A stretch of 35,842 bases of DNA, from positions 1-35,842 of the forward strand of contig CAXBPH010000039.1 in NCBI GenBank assembly GCA_963977445.1, written 5' to 3'. Position 1 is the stretch's first letter, and each line of letters opens with the position of its first letter. Origin of the DNA: an uncultured bacterium. GTDB taxonomy: Bacteria; Hydrogenedentota; Hydrogenedentia; Hydrogenedentales; JAEUWI01. Position numbers and translations under genes: made by a program. The notes beneath the pieces are model-generated. The model did not search any database. It saw only the letters and a program-made list of their open reading frames with translations, and was not told where the DNA came from. This document shows positions 1-8,160 of the stretch, one piece after another.

Positions 1-381
1 TCGTTGCTACGGTCCGCCGTAGCAATGCATACCATTTCTTCGCTCGTTCCCACGCGCTGCTTGGGAATGCCGTTCCCGACGCGCTGCTTCGACGGTGCGA
101 AACATGGTGAATAGGTATTTGAACCACGAATGAACACGACGCAGCCGTTGGCCGCAACCCAAAAGAAAGTTTCACCACGAAGGACACGAAGAGCACGAAG
201 AAATAAAGAAATGAAGAAACGAAGGCCCTGAAAACAGGACGCTCGTTGCTACGGTCCGCCGTAGCAATGCATACCATTTCTTCGCTCGTTCCCACGCTCT
301 GCTTGGGAATGCAGTCCCTGAAGCTCCGCTTCGACGGTGCGAAACATGGTGAATAGGTATTTGAACCACGAATGAACACGA
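1..381. repeat. Imperfect direct repeat of ~139 bp (1-139 and 243-381) containing REP-like hairpins
   Basis: The two copies align at an offset of 242 with few mismatches. Each holds the hairpins TTGCTACGG-tccg-CCGTAGCAA and TTCCCA...TGGGAA. CACGAA motifs recur with ~9-bp period at 176-199 and 367-392. The first copy may extend left of the window. Confidence 0.9.
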
Positions 382-545
382 ATGGACGCGAATAAAAGGA
401 GGAGTGCGATAGCACTCAGCCACGAAGTGGCGACATAGCGTAGCCCAGGCGCGAACGAAGTGAGCCCTGGGTAAGGTGACCGCCCCCACCACGGAACCCC
501 GCAGGGGTGACAGAATAGTGAAGAGTGAATGGGAAGAAAAAGGGT

Positions 546-710
546 CTCAGACATTCCTGTCTGAGGCAAAGCGAGCCCGAACCTGGAGAGGCCCGGTAGA
601 AGTTGTCGAACGACCTGGAATGCCAAGGGATTGTTTTTCTGGGCCGCCATACAGGCCAACGGGCCTTGCGAGTAGCGAGGTGAGCCCTGTCTCAGACAGG
701 AATGTCTGAG
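546..710. repeat. Inverted pair of 20-bp palindromic REP-like units (REPIN-like)
   Basis: CTCAGACATTCCTGTCTGAG (546-565) is the exact reverse complement of CTCAGACAGGAATGTCTGAG (691-710). Each unit is itself a hairpin. Confidence 0.8.
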
Positions 711-757
711 CCCCTCAAGAGGGGAAAGAAATAGAGCGAACGGAGAAAGGCCATACC

Positions 758-2302
758 ATGCAATCAACCATAGCCTACGAATTCTCGACGAAGACCATCC
801 TGGATCTGCGGAATCTCCAGCTCAATGGTCACCTGAATCTGGAACCCGGCTTTCAGCGCAAGAGCGTGTGGACCCTGGCGGACCGGCGTCGCTTCATCAA
901 ATCAGTGCTGGAGGGCTATCCCGTGCCGTCGATCTTCCTCTATCGCCGCGAGGAGAATGGCCAGCCCATCTACGACGTCCTCGATGGAAAACAGCGGCTG
1001 GAAACGGTGTTCATGTTTTCCAAGGTGAAACCCTTCCACCGCCAGGGCTTCGACGTGAACCACCAGTTCCTCGAGGACGATCAGGTCTTCAATTGGGAAT
1101 GGAAAGATCTGGAGCGGATGAGCCGCACCAGTGACTTCCTGACCTACAAATTCCAGGTGGCGGAGGTCAAAGGGGATTTCTCCGATATCGTGGATCTCTT
1201 CGTGCGCATTAACTCCACGGGAAAATCCCTGACTTCCAGCGAGAAGCGTCACGCCAAGTTTTACACGAGCCCCTTCCTAAAGGAATCCCAACGGCTGGCG
1301 AAAAAGCATCGCAAATTCCTCATGGACTACGGCATCATGCGTGCCGCGGCCATGGAGCGGATGAAGGATGTGGAGCTGGTGAGCGAGTTGATAGCGTCCC
1401 TCATCGCGGGTGGGCCCATCCACAAGAAACAGGCGGTGGATAAGGCGGTGGGCGATGTGCGCGATCATGCGGCGACCCTGAAACGGGCGGTGAAGGACTT
1501 CTCCGCTACCCTCCAGGCGGTGAAGGGCATGTTTCCCGAGCTCAAATCGACGCGCTTCAGCAATCAGGCCGAGTTTTATACCTTGTTCCTGGTGGTCCAT
1601 GAGTTACTGAAGCAGAAACTCCTCCTGACGGACAAAAAACGCAATGAGTCGGCCATGGGGCTGCTCCGTGACTTTTCCGACGGGGTGGACGCGGTCCGGG
1701 AGCGCCAGCGACAGGCCCAGGGTGCGCTGGCAGCGCAACGGCCCTTTGCGGACTACCTGATGTTGGTGCAGTCAGCCACCGACAATCTCGGCCCCCGCAA
1801 ACGGCGGATGGATATTGTCCGGGGCCTGTTGGAGGGGCTTTTTGAGGCGAAAGACGAACGCCGGATCTTCAGCGTGGAGCAGCGGCGCTTGTTGTGGAAC
1901 AGTGACCAGCACAAGAAATGCGATTCCTGTGGCGTGCGTCTGGACTGGACAAACTTTCAAGTGGATCACGTGACCCCTTATAGTAAGGGGGGAAAAACGA
2001 AGCTGGACAACGCAGCGCTGCTCTGCGGCCCCTGCAACGCCTCAAAAGGTGCGGGCCCGGCGCGCAGGAAAGCAGCCAAACAAGGAAAATCACTGCCCAC
2101 CGGCGAACTCGAGGAGCAGGTGCAGCACTATGTATCAACGCACGGGTCGATTACGCCTGCCCAGTGCAGAGCACTATTGAAATTTGGAGATACCGCTTCC
2201 GCGAAGACACAAACGTCTATATTTCTGAAGCGATGCTCCGGTAGGGACGGATTCTTACGAAAAGAGGGCGCGGGGCGAAACACCGCTTACTACCCGCGAT
2301 AG
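758..2302 (+). CDS. DUF262 (GmrSD/ParB-like) + HNH endonuclease + C-terminal wHTH-like protein; putative type IV restriction-like defence nuclease
   Basis: DUF262 motifs FQRKSVW, VLDGKQRL and FVRINSTGKSL. HNH with Zn ligands CDSC...VDHVTPYSKGG...NAALLCGPCNASKG. RBS-like GGAGAAAGG upstream. Confidence 0.85.
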   Translation: MQSTIAYEFSTKTILDLRNLQLNGHLNLEPGFQRKSVWTLADRRRFIKSVLEGYPVPSIFLYRREENGQPIYDVLDGKQRLETVFMFSKVKPFHRQGFDVNHQFLEDDQVFNWEWKDLERMSRTSDFLTYKFQVAEVKGDFSDIVDLFVRINSTGKSLTSSEKRHAKFYTSPFLKESQRLAKKHRKFLMDYGIMRAAAMERMKDVELVSELIASLIAGGPIHKKQAVDKAVGDVRDHAATLKRAVKDFSATLQAVKGMFPELKSTRFSNQAEFYTLFLVVHELLKQKLLLTDKKRNESAMGLLRDFSDGVDAVRERQRQAQGALAAQRPFADYLMLVQSATDNLGPRKRRMDIVRGLLEGLFEAKDERRIFSVEQRRLLWNSDQHKKCDSCGVRLDWTNFQVDHVTPYSKGGKTKLDNAALLCGPCNASKGAGPARRKAAKQGKSLPTGELEEQVQHYVSTHGSITPAQCRALLKFGDTASAKTQTSIFLKRCSGRDGFLRKEGAGRNTAYYPR

Positions 2303-2461
2303 GATGGCAGCGCATTTATAACACGGATTCACTCGTTCCGGAGCTCCGCTTCGCACGGTTTTCATCGTGGCGTGGTGCCTCGACGTGAACTATAGGGCAC
2401 GCAAAGGCGCGAATAGGGAATTTAGAAGAATGACGAGTAAAAGGGAACGAATGGTGAATAC

Positions 2462-4207
2462 GTGACCATACCGCAAAACGAAGACATACGCGACTTGCTC
2501 GACCAACTCGATACGTGCATCGCGGACGACCTGGAATCGCAGTGGCTGGATTTTAAGCCCTGGGAAGGTGCCAAGGAGTCCATGCGCGTGGCGGTGGAGT
2601 ATGCGGTGTGTTTTGCGAACGCGGGCGGTGGCGTGGTGGTGTTTGGCGTCGCCGACCAGGTGCGTGGCCGTGAGGCGGCTATCGGGGGCATTGGCAATTG
2701 TGATATCGACGTTTGGAAGCGCGGTATCTTTGATGCGACCCGTCCGAATCTTTCGGTGGACATTGAAGAGATTGCGGTGCCCGAGGGTTCGGGCAAGCTC
2801 TTGGTCGTACGCATTCCCAAAGGGCCGAATCCTCCCTACGGCACGGCCAAGGGCTACTTCACCCAGCGCGTCGGCAAGAACTGCATGCCCATGGACTCCC
2901 AGGGCTTTGCGCGGTCGCAGGTGGCAACGGGCGCCATCGACTGGAGCGGACAGGCGGCGGAAGGCATCGCACTGGACGACTTGGACCTCGTGGAGATTGC
3001 TCGGGGCCGTAATATCGTTAAACGGCTCCGTCCGTCCTCCGAGCTTTCGCAGCTTAACGACGCCGAATTCCTTCAGGCGCTCGGGGCCTTGCGCAAGGGA
3101 GAGGTCACCCGGGCGGGATTACTGCTGTTCGGACGGGAAGAAGTGTTGCAGGAGGAATGTCCCCAGCACCAGGTGCATTATGTCTATGAAGGGGACAACA
3201 ACAAGATTCTGCGCAACGATTCGTACCAATCCGGCCTGCTGCAAATTCTGGATCGCATCGAGCAGGCCTTTACCGGCCCGTCGAATCCGGAGCAGGAGGT
3301 CACGACCGGCCTCTTTAAGCTGCGCATCCCGGCGTTCTCCATCGAGGTGGTGCGCGAGGCCGTGTTGAACGCGGTGACCCACCGGAATTACGCGGACCCC
3401 GGGGAGGTGCTGCTGCGCCACAAGCGGCAGGAGATTGCGATTACCAATCCCGGCGGATTTCTGGGAAATATCACGCCCCGAAATATTCTCCGGCAGGAGC
3501 CCATGGCGCGCAACCGGGCCCTGGCCGAAGCACTGCAGAAGCTGGGCCTGGTCGAGCGGGCGGGAATCGGGCGGCAGCGGATTTTCATGCCGCCCCTTTC
3601 TTACGGAAAACGGATTCCTGTGTACGAGACCGATGGCACGCGGGTGACCTTGCGGGTGTATGATGGGGCCTTCGATGAAGCCATGGCCCTGCTGGTGGCG
3701 AAATGGCGCGGCGATGGTCGGGACGTGGACCTGGACACCCTGCTGATTTTGGCCTATCTGCGGGAAAATGCGTTTATCGATACGGGCGCGGCGGCGGACC
3801 TGCTACAGCTTTCGCGCGAGCAGGCGCGTAGCACGCTGGACCAGCATGCGTTGCCAAAGAGCGGCTTTCTGGAGCGACGCGGCCGGACGAAGGCGGCGAC
3901 GTACCATTTAAACAAGGCGGTCGCCGGGGACATGTTGGGTAAGGCGGCCTACACCCGGACCAAAGGAATTGACTCTATTCGCTATAGGGAACTGGTCCGG
4001 CAGTTCATTATGGATCACGGATCTATTACGCCGAAGGACTGTCGAGAGCTTCTCGGGTTTGGCGAGTCACGAACGGCAAAATCGGCGATTTCCAGGTACT
4101 TGAAGGAATGGTCGGGCGACGATGGTTTTCTGCGTTGGGAAGGGAATACGTCCAGTAGGCGGTATTTCTTGCGTAAGTGCGAAGTTAATGACTCCGATTC
4201 TGCGTAG
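2462..4207 (+). CDS. Schlafen/AlbA_2 domain + RecG-C-like (HATPase_c_4) + wHTH protein
   Basis: N-terminal ESQWLDFK and CFANAGGGVVVFGVAD (AlbA_2). REAVLNAVTHRNY, ITNPGG, RNRALAEAL...GLVERAGIG (HATPase_c_4). C-terminal HTH segments. GTG start. Confidence 0.85.
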   Translation: MTIPQNEDIRDLLDQLDTCIADDLESQWLDFKPWEGAKESMRVAVEYAVCFANAGGGVVVFGVADQVRGREAAIGGIGNCDIDVWKRGIFDATRPNLSVDIEEIAVPEGSGKLLVVRIPKGPNPPYGTAKGYFTQRVGKNCMPMDSQGFARSQVATGAIDWSGQAAEGIALDDLDLVEIARGRNIVKRLRPSSELSQLNDAEFLQALGALRKGEVTRAGLLLFGREEVLQEECPQHQVHYVYEGDNNKILRNDSYQSGLLQILDRIEQAFTGPSNPEQEVTTGLFKLRIPAFSIEVVREAVLNAVTHRNYADPGEVLLRHKRQEIAITNPGGFLGNITPRNILRQEPMARNRALAEALQKLGLVERAGIGRQRIFMPPLSYGKRIPVYETDGTRVTLRVYDGAFDEAMALLVAKWRGDGRDVDLDTLLILAYLRENAFIDTGAAADLLQLSREQARSTLDQHALPKSGFLERRGRTKAATYHLNKAVAGDMLGKAAYTRTKGIDSIRYRELVRQFIMDHGSITPKDCRELLGFGESRTAKSAISRYLKEWSGDDGFLRWEGNTSSRRYFLRKCEVNDSDSA

Positions 4208-4251
4208 ATCTTTCACGAATCTATTGCAGATTGGCCTCGATGTGAAATAGC

Positions 4252-4432
4252 TGTAAGGTATTTGGTGAAAGAAAGTTACGTTGAATTTGGCTTTTAACAG
4301 CTTTTAACAACTTTTAGCAACATCCGCAAGGTCCCGAGGACAATATAATCACGTAAGCCTTTGTATATAAACATCTTATGCTAAATTGACACGATATTGA
4401 AACTATAAGCAAACTATAAGCAAACTATAAGC
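4252..4432. repeat. AT-rich intergenic array: two GTAAG-N17-(G/C)TTA motifs, each followed by a triple short direct repeat
   Basis: Motifs at 4252-4280 and 4352-4380. CTTTTA(A/G)CA(G/A) x3 at 4291-4320. AAACTATAAGC x3 at 4400-4432. Confidence 0.85.
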
Positions 4433-4483
4433 AAAAACAGAAAGAGAAACCGTGCAAGAATATACCAGAATGGAACATTTTCA

Positions 4484-7400
4484 ATGACCCTGCTGCGAGA
4501 ACTCATCGACATCCCCGAATACGTGGACAAGGGCTCCTTTGTCCTGCGGTTGGCGGAGGGTGTTGAAGACCCCGAGGCGACCCTCAAGAGCTATGTGGTA
4601 ACCGAGCAATTGGTGGGGTGTTTCGACGACGCGTTGAGTTTCATCAAGGGGGCGCTCCTGGGGAAGACCAGCAAGGCGAGCTATCTCCACGGGAGTTTCG
4701 GTAGCGGTAAAAGTCACTTCATGGCGGTGCTGAACCTTATCTTACGGGGGAACACGGCGGCCCGAAGCATCCCTGAATTGGCGGGGGTCATTTCGAAGCA
4801 CAATGACTGGCTGCAGGGGAAAAAGTTTCTGCTTGTGCCCTACCACATGATTGGCTCCCACACGATGGAAGAGGGCGTGCTGGGGGGCTATGCCGATTTT
4901 GTCCGCAAAGTGCACCCCAAGGCCACCATTCCCGGCGTGTATCGGGCGGAGGGCCTGTTTCGGGACGCAGATGGCCTGCGCGAGACCCTGGGCGACGCCA
5001 AGTTCTTTGGGAAGTTGAACGAGAATGCCGGTGGTGGCGGCGGCGGCTGGGGCGCGCTGGAGTCGGAATGGGATGCCGATCGTTACGCGGCAGCCGCGGC
5101 AGCCGCGCCCGGATCCGAGGACCGTTCGCGGCTCGTGGGCGCACTGGTGGATACTTTCTTCAAGACCTACAACATCCAGGCGGGCCATGGTGAGGCCTAC
5201 CTCTCCCTCGACAAGGGCCTTTCGGTCATCAGTCGACATGCGAAGGAACAGGGCTACGACGGACTTATCCTCTTTCTGGATGAATTGATCCTGTGGCTGG
5301 CGAGCCATGCGGCGGACCTCAAATTTGTGCACCAGGAATGCCAGAAGGTGGCCAAGCTGGTGGAGGCCCAGACGCCCGACCGGCCGGTGCCCATCATCAG
5401 CTTCGTGGCCCGTCAGCGGGATCTTCGGGAACTGATTGGATCGGCGGTCCCCGGGGCGGATCAACTGAATTTTGCGGATGCATTGGGCTGGCAGGAGGGT
5501 CGCTTTCACACCATCACCTTGGAAGACCGAAATCTGCCGGCCATCGCCGAGCGGCGTGTGCTCCGCTGCCACGACGAGAGCGCCCGAAAAGAGCTGGACG
5601 CGGCCTTCGAGCAGACGGCGAAAATCCGGGAGCAGGTGATGAGCGTGCTGCTGACGAGCGATGGCGACCGGGCCATGTTCCGGAAGGTCTATCCCTTTAG
5701 TCCGGCGCTGGTGCAAACCCTGATCGCGGTGTCGAGCGTGCTCCAGCGGGAGCGGACGGCCCTGAAGGTGATGATGCAGTTGCTGGTGGATGGCCGGGAT
5801 GCCCTGCAGGTGGGCGATCTTGTGCCCGTGGGGGATCTCTTCGACGTGATAGCCCATGGGGACGAAGCGTTCAGCCAGGAAATGGCGCTGCATTTTGATA
5901 ATGCAAAGCGACTGTATCACCAGAAATTGCTGCCCGTATTGGAGCAACAACACGGGCGTCTGGAGGATATGGAAAAGCTGCCCCTGGACGATCCGAAGCG
6001 CGCTGCCTTCCGCAATGACCAGCGCCTGGTGAAGACCCTGCTGCTGGCGGCGCTGGTGCCCCAGGTGGAATCCCTCAAGGCCCTGAATGCCGAGAAACTG
6101 GCCGCCCTGAACCACGGAACCATCCGTACACCGATTCCCGGCAAAGAAGCCTCGGAAGCCCTTCGCCGCTGCCGGAGTTGGGCGGCGTCGGTGGGCGAGC
6201 TACGCATCGGGGAAGAGACAAACCCGACCATTTCACTCCAACTGTCGGGCGTGGATACGGACGGGATCATCGAGCAGGCGCGGAAGGAAGACAACCAGGG
6301 CAATCGCATCCGCCTGGTGCGATCCATGCTCTTCCAGGAACTGGAAATCGAGGAATCGGGGGATTTCTTCACAAATCACGAGTTCCTTTGGAAGAACACG
6401 CGGCGACGTTGCGAATTACTGTTCAAGAATATCCGGGAGTTGCCAGATGCCTCCCTGGCGAATGATGGTGAGTCGTGGAAACTCGTGATTGACTGGCCCT
6501 TTGACGAGCCGGGCCACGGGCCAAAGGATGACCTGAGCAAGTTGCAGGCCTTTAGCGGTAGCCACCCCGATGGGGCCAAGACCCTTTGCTGGGTGCCCGC
6601 CTTCTTCAGCGATGGTGCTATGAAGGATCTGGGGATGCTGGTGATCCTTCAGCACATCCTGAGCGGCGAACGCTTTGTGCAGTATGCCAACCACCTCTCG
6701 CAGACGGACCGCCAGGCTGCGAAGTCGTTGCTGGAGAACCAGCGGAGCGTCCTGCAGCATCGGGTGAAAAATCACCTGGAGGCGGCTTATGGGCTGGATG
6801 GGCTGGAGAGTAACTCGCTGGATACGTCCCACGACCTGGAGGCGATCGATCGTTTTGTCTCCCTCCGTCCCGGCTTCGATCCCCAGCCCCCGGCTGCGGC
6901 CAAGTTGGGCTCGGCGATGGTCGAGTTCTTGAGCCAGGCACTTGCCCACGAGTTTCCGGGCGCGCCCGAGTTCGAGGCGGAAGTGCGCCCCAACACGATT
7001 AAAAAAGTCTATGAAGAGGTGCACCGGGCGGCCCGCGCAGACGATGGTCGGGTGCTGGTGGAGCAGAATAAACGACTGCTCCTGCGCCAGATCGTGAATC
7101 CCCTGCAGTTGGGTGAAATGGGCTACGACGCCACCCACTTTGTCCTGGGGCAGCATTGGAAAAACCACCTCACGAAGAAATCGAGCGCGGCGGGCGGTGC
7201 TATTACGGTGGGCCAGCTGCGGGGCTGGATCGACGAACCCCGGCCCATGGGGCTCCCCCGGGAAGTCCAGAACCTGCTTATCCTGACCTTCGCGGACCAG
7301 ACCAATCGCTCTTTCTTTCTCCATGGCGGGCCCTATGGCGCTTCGCTCACCGATGTGCCTGAGGACTGCGAACTCCGGGAGCAGCGGCTCCCCACACAGG

Positions 7401-8155
7401 CTGCCTGGGACATCGCCGTTCACCGGGCTGGCAGTATTTTTGGAATTGCTGCATCCCCACTTTTGAATGCCCTGAATGTACAAAAATTGGGAGCCGATCT
7501 TAGTACAGCCGCTCGAGAACGTGAAGGGAACTGCCAGGTCTATGCGCAAAAGCTCAGCGCACGCCTGAAGCAGGCGGGCATCGCGCTTGGGGAAAGTGAT
7601 CGGCTCAACACGGCCGAGGCCACTGCGTCGCTGCTGGCCACGCTACAGGCCGCGGCTCCCGACGCCATGACAGAGGCCCTGGCCGAGGCAGTGGTCGCCA
7701 CCAGCGAAGAAGCCATGGGCGGTTGCTTCAGCAAAGCCAGCGCGCTTCGCGGCACCTTGGAGGCCGCCAATTGGGATATCGTGCAGGGCATGAGCAAGTT
7801 GACCGATGAACGGCGGGATGAAGCCCGGCGGGTGGTCCAACTGGTGGAAGAGGCGCTCAAGTCCGACGAGCACGCGATTCCGCTGGGTGCCCGCATCGAG
7901 GAGGCCCAATCTATAGCGACGCGGCTCCTGCTCAAGACTACTCCGCCGCCCCAACCTCCGGTAATTCCCGTTACTCCGCCCCCCCCCTCCCCTTCGCCGA
8001 AACCGACAGGCAAGCGGATTGTGGAACAGGATGGCAAGGAGAACGTGGACGTGGCCGGACTTAAAACGATTCTGGACAATCTGAGGGAGAAAAGTGCCCC
8101 GGGCCGCGACATCCGCGTTAATATACAATGGGTAATTGAAGAAGAAGGCGCGTAA
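4484..8155 (+). CDS. pglY: BREX type 2 / Pgl ATPase PglY
   Basis: 1223 aa. Walker A HGSFGSGKSHFMAVL, Walker B LILFLDELILWL, conserved YPFSPALV...QRERTALK. Lies directly upstream of pglZ-brxD-brxHI. Confidence 0.85.
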   Translation: MTLLRELIDIPEYVDKGSFVLRLAEGVEDPEATLKSYVVTEQLVGCFDDALSFIKGALLGKTSKASYLHGSFGSGKSHFMAVLNLILRGNTAARSIPELAGVISKHNDWLQGKKFLLVPYHMIGSHTMEEGVLGGYADFVRKVHPKATIPGVYRAEGLFRDADGLRETLGDAKFFGKLNENAGGGGGGWGALESEWDADRYAAAAAAAPGSEDRSRLVGALVDTFFKTYNIQAGHGEAYLSLDKGLSVISRHAKEQGYDGLILFLDELILWLASHAADLKFVHQECQKVAKLVEAQTPDRPVPIISFVARQRDLRELIGSAVPGADQLNFADALGWQEGRFHTITLEDRNLPAIAERRVLRCHDESARKELDAAFEQTAKIREQVMSVLLTSDGDRAMFRKVYPFSPALVQTLIAVSSVLQRERTALKVMMQLLVDGRDALQVGDLVPVGDLFDVIAHGDEAFSQEMALHFDNAKRLYHQKLLPVLEQQHGRLEDMEKLPLDDPKRAAFRNDQRLVKTLLLAALVPQVESLKALNAEKLAALNHGTIRTPIPGKEASEALRRCRSWAASVGELRIGEETNPTISLQLSGVDTDGIIEQARKEDNQGNRIRLVRSMLFQELEIEESGDFFTNHEFLWKNTRRRCELLFKNIRELPDASLANDGESWKLVIDWPFDEPGHGPKDDLSKLQAFSGSHPDGAKTLCWVPAFFSDGAMKDLGMLVILQHILSGERFVQYANHLSQTDRQAAKSLLENQRSVLQHRVKNHLEAAYGLDGLESNSLDTSHDLEAIDRFVSLRPGFDPQPPAAAKLGSAMVEFLSQALAHEFPGAPEFEAEVRPNTIKKVYEEVHRAARADDGRVLVEQNKRLLLRQIVNPLQLGEMGYDATHFVLGQHWKNHLTKKSSAAGGAITVGQLRGWIDEPRPMGLPREVQNLLILTFADQTNRSFFLHGGPYGASLTDVPEDCELREQRLPTQAAWDIAVHRAGSIFGIAASPLLNALNVQKLGADLSTAAREREGNCQVYAQKLSARLKQAGIALGESDRLNTAEATASLLATLQAAAPDAMTEALAEAVVATSEEAMGGCFSKASALRGTLEAANWDIVQGMSKLTDERRDEARRVVQLVEEALKSDEHAIPLGARIEEAQSIATRLLLKTTPPPQPPVIPVTPPPPSPSPKPTGKRIVEQDGKENVDVAGLKTILDNLREKSAPGRDIRVNIQWVIEEEGA

Positions 8156-8160
8156 TCACC

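Noticed and set aside
1..400. CRISPR array
   Set aside because: Only two long copies plus short periodic motifs. There is no repeat-spacer regularity and no cas genes.
4400..4432. Plasmid iterons or CRISPR
   Set aside because: The units are only 10-11 bp, head to tail with no spacers, and no rep gene is nearby.
4742..7549. Long antisense ORFs (457 aa, 377 aa) opposite pglY, and similar shadow ORFs over other GC-rich genes
   Set aside because: They are explained by codon bias of the sense gene and show no recognisable motifs.
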